DNA of 64,000 nucleotides from the NCBI GenBank assembly GCA_027064425.1, contig JAMOPO010000015.1, forward strand, positions 288,001 through 352,000, read 5' to 3'. The stretch comes from Methanobacteriota archaeon. GTDB taxonomy: Archaea > JAADCQ01 > Methanopyri > Methanopyrales > Methanopyraceae. Shown here in pieces: positions 1-9,396 of the stretch. The notes under the pieces are model-generated. The model was not told the origin of the DNA. It saw nothing but the letters and a program-made list of their open reading frames with translations, and made no database searches. The position numbers and the translations under genes were made by a program. Position 1 is the first letter of the stretch. Every line of letters begins with the position of its first letter.

Positions 1-764
1 AGGACCTGGAGGCGGCCGTGGAGGAGGCCGACCCGGACGCGACGGTGGTCACCGTGGACGTACATAATGGTATGGGCCCGAACACGGAGGGAGTAATCCG
101 CACCCTCGAGCGCGCCGCGGAGGCGGGGGTCATACCGGAGCGGGAGGTCGAGCGACAGCGCCGCCTGATGCGCGCCGCCGCCGAGCTAGAGCGAGAGAGG
201 GGGATGGCCAGCCGGAAGTACCTCAGACCGTGGTCCGGGCACGATCCGGAACGCGTGGCGCGAGTTCTCCTGGACTCGGAGGACGTGCTGGCCGTGCTCA
301 ACGCGAAGAAGGAGACGGCCTACCTGTTCGCGGACCCCGTCCTGGAGCTCGGCCGGCTCGGCGCTCACGTGCTCGCCAACCTCTCAGAGAGGAGCGGCCT
401 CCCCAAGGTCCGCCGTGACGCGAGGACGATCGCGGAGATCTTCCGGGAGAAAGGGGTGGAGTTCGAGGTCACCGGAGCCCTCGACGAGTACGCGGTCACC
501 GGCGACCTCCTGGCTGAACGGATCGAGGAGCTTGATCCGGAGACCGTGCTCATCGCCGGGATCCCGCACGCCGTATCACCGGACGACCTCGACGTTGACG
601 CCACCTTCGTGGCCGTCACGGACGGGCTCCGGGAGGCGACCGCGCTGCGCCGGCTGGGCTACGATTACGTCGTGGTGGAGGAGGACGCTCACGCTCGGGT
701 TCTAGGGCGCCGGGAGATCGTTCCGTCCCGGCTGGGAGACGCGCTTCGTCAGGCTACGGCGTAG
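1..764 (+). CDS. cfbD: Ni-sirohydrochlorin a,c-diamide reductive cyclase catalytic subunit CfbD (methanogenesis marker 13), 5'-truncated by window edge
   Basis: Open frame from window start; motifs VDVHNG, EGVIRTLE, AVLNAKKETAYLFAD, GALDEY typical of NflD/CfbD. Confidence 0.8.
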   Translation, partial: DLEAAVEEADPDATVVTVDVHNGMGPNTEGVIRTLERAAEAGVIPEREVERQRRLMRAAAELERERGMASRKYLRPWSGHDPERVARVLLDSEDVLAVLNAKKETAYLFADPVLELGRLGAHVLANLSERSGLPKVRRDARTIAEIFREKGVEFEVTGALDEYAVTGDLLAERIEELDPETVLIAGIPHAVSPDDLDVDATFVAVTDGLREATALRRLGYDYVVVEEDAHARVLGRREIVPSRLGDALRQATA

Positions 765-1663
765 TGCGCGAGCGTTCCGAGGGCCAGGCAGGCGGACTGG
801 ACCACCACGTACGCTCGGACTCCGCCCCCGGCCATACGCAGGGCGATCAAGTTCGCGATCGAGGCCAGCGGCGTCCCGAACCCACCCACCGTGACCCCGT
901 GCAGGAGGTCTCGCCAGTCGCTGGTCCCCGGGGCCAGCACCACGGTGGCCGGGACGTTGCTGATAACCTGAGACATGAGAAGAGCACCTAAGAAGGGATC
1001 CGAAATTCGGGGATGCCAACCCAGTTCCCGGAGCCCGTGCGGGAGCAAGATCGCGGCCGTGAGCAGCACCGCGATGACCCAGTCCACCTCGCGGACCGCC
1101 CGAGGGCGGAGCGCGGCGTAGCCCGCCAGGAGGGGTGGGAACCGCCAGTACAGCGGCACGTGCATGAGCAGGCAGGCGGCCGCCATCACCATGGCCGCAA
1201 GCTCCGGGAGCTTGGGGTTGGGTCCTGATGTGGGGGTGGGGGACTCCGCCCGGAGGAGCGCGTACACGAGGCCCGGAACCATGAGGGCTAGAGCGACCGG
1301 CAGCTGCGTTGCCACGAACTCCCGCGCGTCCACCCGGTAGTGAGCGTAGATGATCGCGTTCTGCGGGTTCCCCAGCGGCGTGATGGCCCCTAGCGAGTTC
1401 GCGGCGACAAGGGCGGGGAGCAGGACGTGGTGCGGTCGTCGGACTCCGTGAGTTACCAGTGATCCGATCGCGATCAGCGCAGCATCGTTGGTGAGGACGG
1501 TGGACAGAAGGCCGGTCGCTAGGGTCACCCGGACCGGGCCCGGGCACCGCCCGAGGAGGACCTGACGCACCCTGTGTATGGCCCCGGTCCGCGTGAGCTC
1601 CGCGGTCACGGCGGACTGGATGATCACGAATCCCGCCGCGTTGAGGTCCACCCATACCGACAC
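749..1663 (-). CDS. ArsB/NhaD/CitM-type anion permease (IT superfamily)
   Basis: Hydrophobic protein with LTNDAA, AANSLGAITPLGNPQN, SQVISNVPA, ASIANLI motifs. Confidence 0.8.
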   Translation of the reverse strand: MSVWVDLNAAGFVIIQSAVTAELTRTGAIHRVRQVLLGRCPGPVRVTLATGLLSTVLTNDAALIAIGSLVTHGVRRPHHVLLPALVAANSLGAITPLGNPQNAIIYAHYRVDAREFVATQLPVALALMVPGLVYALLRAESPTPTSGPNPKLPELAAMVMAAACLLMHVPLYWRFPPLLAGYAALRPRAVREVDWVIAVLLTAAILLPHGLRELGWHPRISDPFLGALLMSQVISNVPATVVLAPGTSDWRDLLHGVTVGGFGTPLASIANLIALRMAGGGVRAYVVVQSACLALGTLAHYAVA

Positions 1664-1749
1664 GGCCGGCCCACCCCTACCGAAAGATTTAATAACTGGT
1701 GGTCAACGGTGCGGGCACGGGTGGGAGCCCCGGCGGTGTAGCCCGGTCA

Positions 1750-1780
1750 AGGGCCCGCGGGTGACCGCGGGCCCGCCGAT
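1750..1780 (+). other. tRNA-Glu D-arm intron (31 nt, bulge-helix-bulge)
   Basis: Removing it restores GGTCA-ATCATGCGGG; internal hairpin GGGCCCGCGG/CCGCGGGCCC; central helix CGGT/GCCG with CAA and ATA bulges. Confidence 0.85.
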
Positions 1781-1797
1781 ATCATGCGGGACTTTCG

Positions 1798-1823
1798 AGG
1801 CCCGCGTCCCGCGGGCCGAGGAT
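1798..1823 (+). other. tRNA-Glu canonical 37/38 intron (26 nt)
   Basis: Removing it restores GCGGGA-CTTTCGA-TCCCGC; internal hairpin GGCCCGCG/CGCGGGCC. Confidence 0.9.
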
Positions 1824-1871
1824 ATCCCGCGACCCGGGTTCAAATCCCGGCCGGGGCACCAAGCCCGGAAT

Positions 1872-1890
1872 CGTTACGAATTTCGTAACG
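1872..1890. repeat. Spaced palindrome CGTTA-N9-TAACG, copy 1 (3' of tRNA-Glu)
   Basis: CGTTA-cgaatttcg-TAACG. Confidence 0.75.
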
Positions 1891-1906
1891 TTTGAGCGGG
1901 CGAAGG

Positions 1907-2602
1907 TCAGAGGGTGACCTCGTCGGGGCTGCCCTCCTCCACGATCTTACCGTCCCGGAGCACGACCACGCGGTCGGCCCACCGGGTGAGTGACAGGTCG
2001 TGCGTGACCATAACTATGGTCCGACCGTCCTCGTTCAAGCTCTTGAAGACCTCCATGATTCGATGCGAGTTCTTCGTGTCCAACTGACCGGTGGGCTCGT
2101 CCGCCAGGATAACCTCCGGGTCGTTGGCCAGGGCGCGGGCGATGGCTACCCGCTGCCGCTCCCCTCCACTCAGCTGGTTGGGGAACTTGTCGAAGTGCTC
2201 CTCGGAAAGCCCGACCTTCAGCAGCAGGCGCTTGGCCCGCTCTTCGTCCTCCCCGTCCGCGAGGGCCATCGGGAACATCACGTTCTCGAGGACGGTCAGC
2301 GTCTCAATGAGGTTGAACTCCTGGAAAACGAAGCCCACGTACCGGTTGCGGATCCGGGCCAGCTCCCGGTCGCTGAGGTTCGAGATCTCCCTTCCGGCCA
2401 CCTTGACCCGGCCTGAAGTGGGCGTGTCCAGCGCGCCCATGATGTGGAGTAGGGTGGACTTCCCGGAGCCTGAGGGGCCCACGATCATCAGGAACTCGCC
2501 GCGCCGGACCCGGAGGTCCACGCCTCGCAGCGCCTCCACCCGGGTGGGGCCCGAGTTGTACACCTTCCGGACGCCCTCCAGCTCGATGACGACCTCGGCC
2601 AT
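1907..2602 (-). CDS. ABC transporter ATP-binding protein (LolD/MacB type)
   Basis: GPSGSGKST, LSGGERQRVAIARAL, ILADEPTGQLD, VTHD. Confidence 0.95.
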   Translation of the reverse strand: MAEVVIELEGVRKVYNSGPTRVEALRGVDLRVRRGEFLMIVGPSGSGKSTLLHIMGALDTPTSGRVKVAGREISNLSDRELARIRNRYVGFVFQEFNLIETLTVLENVMFPMALADGEDEERAKRLLLKVGLSEEHFDKFPNQLSGGERQRVAIARALANDPEVILADEPTGQLDTKNSHRIMEVFKSLNEDGRTIVMVTHDLSLTRWADRVVVLRDGKIVEEGSPDEVTL

Positions 2603-2614
2603 TCACCCCTCCCC

Positions 2615-3727
2615 CTACTCGTGGCGAAGGGCCTTCACCGGGTCCACTTTCGCTGCCTTCCACGCTGGGTACAGGCCGGAGAACACGCCGATGCCGATGG
2701 CCACCAGGAAGCCTCGCAGGATGGTATCCGGGGTCACGATCATGGTGATGGCTTTGCCCTCCAGTCGCTGGAGGAGGTCCACCACTACGTAGGTGCCCGC
2801 TACGCCCAGCACGCAGCCCAGCGCGCCGCCGATCAGCGAGATCAGCATCGACTCGACCAGGAATATCTTCATCACGCGGGCCCGGGTGGCGCCGACGGCC
2901 TTCATGACGCCGATCTCGCGCCGGCGCTCGAGGACGGACATGAGCATGGTGTTGGCCACGCCGAGCCCGCCTACGATCCCCGCGATGCAGCTGAGCGCCA
3001 GGCCCGCGATCTCCACGGTCCTCAGGTTGTTAATCATGCCCTGGACGGCCTTGCTGGTCTCGATGGCCTCCACGCCCGGAATCCGCCGCTCGATCTCCCG
3101 CTTTACCCGCCTCGGGTCCGAGGTCTGCACGAACACGCAGCTGACAGCTCGCCCCCGAAGCGCCTTCACGCTGTCCAGCGTCGTGATCATGCACATGTTG
3201 GCCAGCTGGGAGGAGGTCCTGAACTCGCCCGCGAGGCGCAGCTTGACCCCGCCCAGGTCCACGGTGTCTCCGAGCCTGGGCCGTATTTGGTTCCAGGCGA
3301 GGCTGCCGAGCGCCGCCTCACCGTCACCCGGAAGCTTGCCCCGGATCGGCTCCACCCGGGACCCGACGACGAAGTCGTACTGTCCGCGCTCGACCGCCGC
3401 GATCATGATCGGCTGGCGGCGTCCCCCGATCGTCACGACCCGGTTGTTGAACCAGACGGACACCGTGTGCTTAACGCCGGGAATCCTCCGAACCCGCTCC
3501 TCCACGGACTGATCCAACAGGCTGGACAGCGGATCGGGGGCCGTCTTGGACTTAACAATAAGTGAAGCGGAACCACCCAGTGCCACTTTGATGTCGTGCT
3601 GCATCCCCTTGGCCACCGAGGATATACTCACGACGGCCGAGATCCCTATTGCCACACCCAGGATGGTTATCAGCGACCTCACCTTCCTTCTGGCCAAATT
3701 TCTCACAGCCATTTTCAGTGTAATCAA
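2615..3727 (-). CDS. ABC transporter permease (FtsX/MacB family)
   Basis: N-terminal TM helix, extracellular domain, SVLERRREIGVMKAVGA, GLYPAWKAAKVDPVKALR. Confidence 0.92.
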   Translation of the reverse strand: MITLKMAVRNLARRKVRSLITILGVAIGISAVVSISSVAKGMQHDIKVALGGSASLIVKSKTAPDPLSSLLDQSVEERVRRIPGVKHTVSVWFNNRVVTIGGRRQPIMIAAVERGQYDFVVGSRVEPIRGKLPGDGEAALGSLAWNQIRPRLGDTVDLGGVKLRLAGEFRTSSQLANMCMITTLDSVKALRGRAVSCVFVQTSDPRRVKREIERRIPGVEAIETSKAVQGMINNLRTVEIAGLALSCIAGIVGGLGVANTMLMSVLERRREIGVMKAVGATRARVMKIFLVESMLISLIGGALGCVLGVAGTYVVVDLLQRLEGKAITMIVTPDTILRGFLVAIGIGVFSGLYPAWKAAKVDPVKALRHE

Positions 3728-3791
3728 CGTTCACACCACTCCCACAATCGAACTGAGTGCCCCCTTCAGCCCCGCGCCCGCGTCCGACCAC

Positions 3792-4508
3792 TTAAATTGA
3801 TTCCAGGGATTTCTTTGGCGTGCCCCGGCGCACAGGCTTTCCATAAATCCTTTTAATCTCCTCGGCCTTGACCGACTCGCCCTCCCGCCGGACCGTCGGG
3901 CGCCCGTCCGGCTTGATCGCGTGCACGCGGAACAGCATCCCGTCCAGCTCGTAGATCTCGCCGACGGTGAACTCCTCCTCCCGATCCACCTCGACCTTCT
4001 CCGAGATCGTGTAGCCGGACGGCAGGTTGATCGAGACGCCGATGCGGGCCGGGATGTCCAGCGAGACCGTCCACACCGACTGGATGTCCATCACCCTGGC
4101 CCGCTTCACGCTGTCCTCCTTGTAGGTGGCAATGTTCGTGATCTCGACGCGCTCACCGTCCACTTCCAGCTCGTCACCGACCTCCAGCTCCTCCCACGGG
4201 TCCAGCTTGATCTCCTTGCACTCCGACTCCTCGTACCGGCTGATCGTCACCTTCACCTTCTTCAGCCCGTAAAACACCAGCCGCGCCGGGTTGACGGTAC
4301 CGCAGCTCTCGCACCGGGCCAGCACGTTGGCTATGTACCGCGGGACTCCCTTCTCGTCCGGGCCCTTCTCGTGTACCGTGGCCCGCACGACCTCTTGAGG
4401 CACCTCGTCGTCCGGCGAGCAGCCCGAGCACGGGGCGTAGACGATCCTACCCTCCAGGTCCGAGTCCGACAGGTCCTCCACGGTGGTCTTCGTGTCGATC
4501 GTGATCAC
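3792..4508 (-). CDS. HVO_0476-like archaeal zinc-finger protein
   Basis: CSGC and CESC pairs followed by beta-rich repeats; start placed at GTG 4508 behind a GGGGTGGTG RBS. Confidence 0.7.
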   Translation of the reverse strand: MITIDTKTTVEDLSDSDLEGRIVYAPCSGCSPDDEVPQEVVRATVHEKGPDEKGVPRYIANVLARCESCGTVNPARLVFYGLKKVKVTISRYEESECKEIKLDPWEELEVGDELEVDGERVEITNIATYKEDSVKRARVMDIQSVWTVSLDIPARIGVSINLPSGYTISEKVEVDREEEFTVGEIYELDGMLFRVHAIKPDGRPTVRREGESVKAEEIKRIYGKPVRRGTPKKSLESI

Positions 4509-4536
4509 GGGCACCACCCCCAGGGGGTCCGGCACG

Positions 4537-4953
4537 TTGGAGGTCAGGATCCGGGCTCGCGGTCACGAGAACGTAACGGGCCGGCACCGGAGCACGTTCG
4601 AGATCACTAAGGACCCGGAGATCGGACCCACGGCGGACTGCATCATAGGGGTCAGGGCGGACCGCGCCTGCGCCGACTTACCGGAGGAGTTCAAGCGTGC
4701 GCTGCGGGCAGGGGCCCGGGTGGAGGTCACGCTGGAGGCGGGCGGCGTCCGAGACCGAGCCGTGGGCAGGGGTGACCCCAGCCTTAAACTCTCTGATGAA
4801 CGCAGCATGGTTTTCCGACGCAGCGATTACGTGGACGAGCGCACCGTGCTCGTCCGGTGCGACAAGGCGGCGCGCGACCTGGACAGAGAGCTCATCGAGC
4901 GGCTCCGGGACCCGGGTACGGTCCTGGAGGTGAGGCTTCGGGTCCTGGAGTGA
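4537..4953 (+). CDS. DUF371 family protein
   Basis: RARGHENV..HRSTFEITKD, ADCIIGVRAD, SMVFRRSDYVDERT; TTG start at 4537. Confidence 0.85.
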   Translation: MEVRIRARGHENVTGRHRSTFEITKDPEIGPTADCIIGVRADRACADLPEEFKRALRAGARVEVTLEAGGVRDRAVGRGDPSLKLSDERSMVFRRSDYVDERTVLVRCDKAARDLDRELIERLRDPGTVLEVRLRVLE

Positions 4954-4972
4954 GGGCGCCCGCGCGGGCCAT

Positions 4973-4991
4973 CGTTAAGGGTTTCGTAACA
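4973..4991. repeat. Spaced palindrome copy 2 (3' of tRNA-Arg)
   Basis: CGTTA-agggtttcg-TAACa. Confidence 0.7.
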
Positions 4992-4999
4992 ATTGGCCG

Positions 5000-5077
<78 letters not shown>

Positions 5078-5123
5078 TGCCCCGTGCGGTGCGCGCCGGG
5101 TGGTGCTATAATAAGGTTGCGGG

Positions 5124-5726
5124 CTAGCGCCGGCCGCGGCGTCCCTCCGGCACGAACACTCGATACTTGTCCCGCGTCTCACCCTTCAGCTCCGCCAGCA
5201 CGCGCTCCTTGATCATGTCCTTCGGGTGCCGGCGCAGCCCCTTCACCCGCTCCTTGATGTCGTCGAGGCTCTCGAACGGCTCCTTCTCGCGCTCCTCCAG
5301 GATCCGCTCGAGCGTTTTCTTCCCGATGCCGGGCAGCAGCTCCAGCTGGTGCAGGCGCGGGGTGATCGGGCGGGCCTCGTTGAAGAACCGGACGAAGTCC
5401 TCCTCGTTGTCCTCAATGATCTTCTCGATGGCGTGGGGAAGCTCCTCCTTGGCCGTCTGCGTGAGGTCGTCGTAGCTGAGGCGACGATCCACGTGGTGGA
5501 TCTTGTCCCGCTTACCCCGGCCCACGTAGACCTCCTCGTGAAGCTCCAGGAAGACGTCATCCTTGGGCGTGAGCTCGAGGAGGATGAAGAAGTCCTTCCC
5601 CACCGCCTGCGCCAGGGGCTTGCGGCGGTGCGGGGGAGCGTCGGGTCGGTAGGGGAGGAAGTCGAGGACTATCGCGTACTCCTCATAGGGCCTCCCCTTG
5701 GGCTGCTTGTACAGTATCTCTACCAT
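5124..5726 (-). CDS. DUF655 family putative RNA-binding protein (HhH)
   Basis: EEYAIVLDFL, QAVGKDFFILLE, LHQLELLPGIGKK; conserved context after rpl21e-rpo4. Confidence 0.9.
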   Translation of the reverse strand: MVEILYKQPKGRPYEEYAIVLDFLPYRPDAPPHRRKPLAQAVGKDFFILLELTPKDDVFLELHEEVYVGRGKRDKIHHVDRRLSYDDLTQTAKEELPHAIEKIIEDNEEDFVRFFNEARPITPRLHQLELLPGIGKKTLERILEEREKEPFESLDDIKERVKGLRRHPKDMIKERVLAELKGETRDKYRVFVPEGRRGRR

Positions 5727-5732
5727 TTTGGG

Positions 5733-6140
5733 TCACTCCTCTTCCGATTCTTCTAACCTCTCAGCGACCTCTTGAACGACCTCGAGTATCTCCTTGACCA
5801 CCGCCTCGTCGGCCCGTCTTAGTATCCTTTTGCCCGCGGACTCCAGGACCGTCTTCACCTCCTCCTCGTCCCGCGGCAGCACGTCCAGCAGCCGGTTAAC
5901 CAGGACCTCAATGGTCCGCTCGTTGGCGGTGAGGTCCCTTACCACGGAGCGCAGCTTCTCTCGCGCCTCTTCGAGCTCCTCCTCGTCCAGCTTGCCGAAC
6001 TTCTCCAGGTACTTCAGCGCCTCCCGCTGGTCGTAGGTGAGCTCCGGCTCCCGCTCTTTCAGCACCTTCTCCACCACCTTCCGCGCCTCGTGGACGCTGA
6101 CGGGCCGCCGGCCGCGCACGCGGAGTGAGATGGAGGACAA
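5733..6140 (-). CDS. rpo4: DNA-directed RNA polymerase subunit Rpo4 (F)
   Basis: ELTYDQREALKYLEKF, LLDVLPRDEEEVK; position between rpl21e and DUF655. Confidence 0.88.
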   Translation of the reverse strand: MSSISLRVRGRRPVSVHEARKVVEKVLKEREPELTYDQREALKYLEKFGKLDEEELEEAREKLRSVVRDLTANERTIEVLVNRLLDVLPRDEEEVKTVLESAGKRILRRADEAVVKEILEVVQEVAERLEESEEE

Positions 6141-6152
6141 GGGAGAACCCCG

Positions 6153-6476
6153 CTACTCCCCTTCACCCTCCTCCATCTCCGGCTGCTTCTGCGGGCGTAG
6201 GTGCTCGGGGGCGACGATCAGCTTCTTCTCCTTGCCGCCGTCCCGGACCTTGACGATGTAGGCGCGCCCCTGCTTTCCGACGATCTCGCCCGTGCGGCCG
6301 TGGAACCGCGGGTGCGGCATCCCGCTGTGAACGCTGGGGTCGATCACGATGTGCACCTTGTCTCCTTTCTTGTACTCGTACATCAGCGGGCTCAGCGGGG
6401 ACAGGCCGCGCTCCCGCGGCTTCTTCCGCAGCTTCTTCCGCGTTCGGCTTCGGAAGCCCTTGGACTTCCTAACCAT
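6153..6476 (-). CDS. rpl21e: 50S ribosomal protein L21e
   Basis: [28 protein letters not shown]. Confidence 0.97.
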   Translation of the reverse strand: MVRKSKGFRSRTRKKLRKKPRERGLSPLSPLMYEYKKGDKVHIVIDPSVHSGMPHPRFHGRTGEIVGKQGRAYIVKVRDGGKEKKLIVAPEHLRPQKQPEMEEGEGE

Positions 6477-6891
6477 TCGAGCCCGCCCCCAGCTCGTGGA
6501 GGATGATCGCGAGCGCGGCGAGCTCTCCCACCTCGGCGCCCACTCCGACGGTGATGTCCGGGTCTACGTCCAGCTCGTCCAGGCGCTCTACGGGCGCGAG
6601 GAGTAGCGTGTCGGACGGGTTTAATTTGTTCAGCCCACCATCCTCCTCCGGGTCGACCAGGGCGAGCTGGCCCTCGGCGAACTTGAGCGCGTCCTCGAGA
6701 GACTCGGTGACCATCACCGGGACGCCGGCCCGCTCCTCCGGGTGTTCGAGGACCTGGTTGATTCCATCGAGGGCCGCCTTGGAGGTGGGGTTGGAGTAGA
6801 TGAGCAGCTCCGCGCCTAAGTTTCCGGCGATCAGCGCCGCGTGATTCACCCGGAAGTGACTGAAGGGCTGGTGGTAGATGACGCGAACCAC
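6469..6891 (-). CDS. Conserved hypothetical protein, possibly a minimal SPOUT-like (COG4080/DUF2122) protein
   Basis: Operon-embedded 140-aa ORF; resemblance only (AALDGI..., [10 protein letters not shown]-terminal LAIILHEL). Confidence 0.5.
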   Translation of the reverse strand: MVRVIYHQPFSHFRVNHAALIAGNLGAELLIYSNPTSKAALDGINQVLEHPEERAGVPVMVTESLEDALKFAEGQLALVDPEEDGGLNKLNPSDTLLLAPVERLDELDVDPDITVGVGAEVGELAALAIILHELGAGSNG

Positions 6892-6897
6892 GGCAGG

Positions 6898-8115
6898 TCA
6901 CCCCGTGAACGGGCACGTCGCCACCGCGTCCAGGGCGGGGAGTCGCTCGCCCGCTAGGAGGCGCAGCATGGCCCCGCCACCGGTGCTCACGTGGTCGATG
7001 TCGTCGTACACGCCGCACGCCTTGGAGGCGGCGATGATGTGGCCGCCACCGATCACGGAGAACCCGTCCGCGGAGGCGATGGCGTCGAGGACCTCGTACG
7101 TTCCCTTCTCGAACCCGCGCTCCTCGTAGACTCCCATCGGCCCGTTCGCGATGATCATGCCGGCCCGTCGGATCTCCTCCCGGTACTCGTCCACCGTCTC
7201 GGAGCCGATGTCATAGACCGGTGCGTCGGCCGGCAGCTCCTCAACGTCCACCTCGCGGCGCTCGCCCCCGACGTTCAGCGCCACGTCCTTCGGGATCAGG
7301 ATCTTCCCGTCATCCTCCTCGAGGAGCTCCCGCGCCTCGTCCAGGTAGCGGGTGTAGCCCTTCTCCTCCAGAATCCGGCGGGACGGTCTGCCTAGATCCA
7401 CGCCGGAGGCCCAAAGGAAGAGGTTCCCGACCAGGCCGCCCAGGAGGATGCGGCGCACATTGTCCATTTGCAGGGCCCGGCGGACGACCTTGATCGCATC
7501 GCCGACCTTGGACCCGCCGATGACGAACACGCCGTCCTCCATCTCGTTCTTGACCATGTTCTCCAGAACCTCGAGCTCCCGCTCCATGATCCTGCCCACG
7601 CACGAGGGCAGGCGACGGGTGAATCCCACCAGGGAGGCGTTGGATCGGTGAGCGGCGGCGAAGGCATCGTTAACGAAGACGTCGAACAGCGGGGCCAGGT
7701 TCCTGACCAGGTGCCGGCGGGCGTGCCACTCGGGGTCCCGGTTGATGCGCTCCTCGGCGTAGAACCGGACGTTCTCGAGCAGCAGGACCTGGCCCGGGTC
7801 AAGGGATCGAATCTTCTCCTTCGCCGTGGGTCCGAACACGTCCGGGACGTACTCGAAGTCGTCCAGCTCCTCCGCCATGATCTCCGCGTGCGGCTCCAGC
7901 GTGGTGAAATCGTCCTCGCCCGGTCGACCCTGGTGGGCGAGGATGGCGACCCGGGCGCCCTCCTCGACGAGTTCTTGGATGGTGACCAGGTGGCGCCGAA
8001 TGCGCTCGTCGTCCTCGATCTTGCCGTCCACGATCGTGGAGTTGATGTCCACGCGGAGAAGGACCCACCGCTCCTCGAACTCGAAGTCGTCCATCGTGCG
8101 CACGTTCTCGTACAC
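6898..8115 (-). CDS. pgk: Phosphoglycerate kinase
   Basis: LLRVDINS, LAHQGRPG, LLENVRF, FVNDAFAAAHRS, HVSTGGGA; GTG start at 8115 assumed. Confidence 0.97.
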   Translation of the reverse strand: MYENVRTMDDFEFEERWVLLRVDINSTIVDGKIEDDERIRRHLVTIQELVEEGARVAILAHQGRPGEDDFTTLEPHAEIMAEELDDFEYVPDVFGPTAKEKIRSLDPGQVLLLENVRFYAEERINRDPEWHARRHLVRNLAPLFDVFVNDAFAAAHRSNASLVGFTRRLPSCVGRIMERELEVLENMVKNEMEDGVFVIGGSKVGDAIKVVRRALQMDNVRRILLGGLVGNLFLWASGVDLGRPSRRILEEKGYTRYLDEARELLEEDDGKILIPKDVALNVGGERREVDVEELPADAPVYDIGSETVDEYREEIRRAGMIIANGPMGVYEERGFEKGTYEVLDAIASADGFSVIGGGHIIAASKACGVYDDIDHVSTGGGAMLRLLAGERLPALDAVATCPFTG

Positions 8116-8126
8116 GGGACATCCCC

Positions 8127-8678
8127 CTACTGGATCTTGGCGTGGCGCTCCCACATGTCGGACTCGTCCACTCCCAACTCCTCCGCCAGCTGAGCGGCAA
8201 GACCGTCCAAGAAGGACAACATGAGCAGCTCCGAAAACGTGCGAAGTATGACCTCCTCGGGCTCGGGCAGGACCACCAGAACGTCCGCCCGCTCGGCGAT
8301 CTTGGACTCCGCGTTCATCGTGATGGCCAGGACCTCCGCCCCCTCCTCCCGGGCCACGTCCGCCGCGTAGTTCACGAACTCCGTGTTACCGGAGACGCTG
8401 AGCGCTACGAGGAGGTCGTCCGACTTGATGGCCCGCTCCGTGCTGTGCCCGACGATGTAGCATCGAGCGCCCATCTGAACCAGTCGAACCGCGAAGCACT
8501 CACCGATCAGGCCCGTCCGTCCCATCCCGACGATGAATATGCCCCGGTCGTTTTCGATCTTCTCAACCAGCAGGTCCAGCGCCTTGCGAACGTCCTCCTC
8601 GGGCAGGTTGTCGCACGCGTGCTCGATGACCTCCGCCTCGTGCCGCATGATCTCGAGCAGCCGATCCAACCGGCCCAA
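8127..8678 (-). CDS. SIS-domain 6-phospho-3-hexuloisomerase
   Basis: GMGRTG, FAVRLVQMG, SVSGNT, C-terminal MWERHAKIQ. Confidence 0.8.
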   Translation of the reverse strand: MGRLDRLLEIMRHEAEVIEHACDNLPEEDVRKALDLLVEKIENDRGIFIVGMGRTGLIGECFAVRLVQMGARCYIVGHSTERAIKSDDLLVALSVSGNTEFVNYAADVAREEGAEVLAITMNAESKIAERADVLVVLPEPEEVILRTFSELLMLSFLDGLAAQLAEELGVDESDMWERHAKIQ

Positions 8679-8702
8679 GGTCCCGGCCCCGGGAGCGGTT
8701 CG

Positions 8703-9383
8703 TTACTCTAGGCCGGAGGCCAGGTCGAGGAGCGCCTCTTTGGGATCGTCGGCCAGCACGACGCCGGAGGCCACCAGAACGCCATCACTACCCAGCTCGA
8801 TCGCTGCGCGCACGTCCGAGCCGTCGGTGATTCCCGCCCCGCACAGGACTGCCGTGTCCTCGGACACCTCCTTCACCGCCTCCACGCTCCGCTCGACCAC
8901 CTCGGGGTCCGCCTTGGACACCGGCGTGCCCGTCCCGATGAGCTCCGGCGGCTCCACGGCCACCGCGTGAGGCTGCAGCGCGCCCGCGGCCCGGGCGGCC
9001 ATCGAGTCGCTCGCGCACACGATGGTCAGCAGCCCCTCGTTCATGCACGCCCGGCACACGTCCTTTAGATCGTCCAGCCGCATCCGGCGCTCGGAGTGGT
9101 TCAGCAGGGTGCCGTCCGCCCCGGCCGCGGCCACCATCTCGGGCGTCACATGACCCGTGCGGCTCCCGGGCTCCGCGGCGTCCACGGCCTGCGCGAACAC
9201 GACCACGTCGCCGTCGCCCACCTCCTTTACCACGCGGTACAGGTCCGTGTGCGCGGGGCAAATCCCGATCTTCACCCCCACCTCCTCCGCCACCTCCGCG
9301 GCGATCTTCGCGAGTCGAACGGCGTTGTCCCCAACCGCCTCCGAGTACGCCTTGAAGTTGACTACAATGGGCGGAATTCGCAA
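8703..9383 (-). CDS. tpiA: Triosephosphate isomerase (archaeal type)
   Basis: VVNFKAY, LLNHSERR, AVEPPELIGTG, LCGAGI, LVASG. Confidence 0.97.
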   Translation of the reverse strand: MRIPPIVVNFKAYSEAVGDNAVRLAKIAAEVAEEVGVKIGICPAHTDLYRVVKEVGDGDVVVFAQAVDAAEPGSRTGHVTPEMVAAAGADGTLLNHSERRMRLDDLKDVCRACMNEGLLTIVCASDSMAARAAGALQPHAVAVEPPELIGTGTPVSKADPEVVERSVEAVKEVSEDTAVLCGAGITDGSDVRAAIELGSDGVLVASGVVLADDPKEALLDLASGLE

Positions 9384-9396
9384 GCTCCCGACCCCC

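Larger units (their letters stand above)
1727..1861 (+). tRNA. tRNA-Glu(TTC) with two introns; C at position 8; CCA encoded
   Basis: Acceptor GCCCCGG/CCGGGGC-A-CCA; anticodon loop CT-TTC-G/A; T-loop TTCAAAT; TATA-like TTTAATAA near 1688. Confidence 0.95.
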
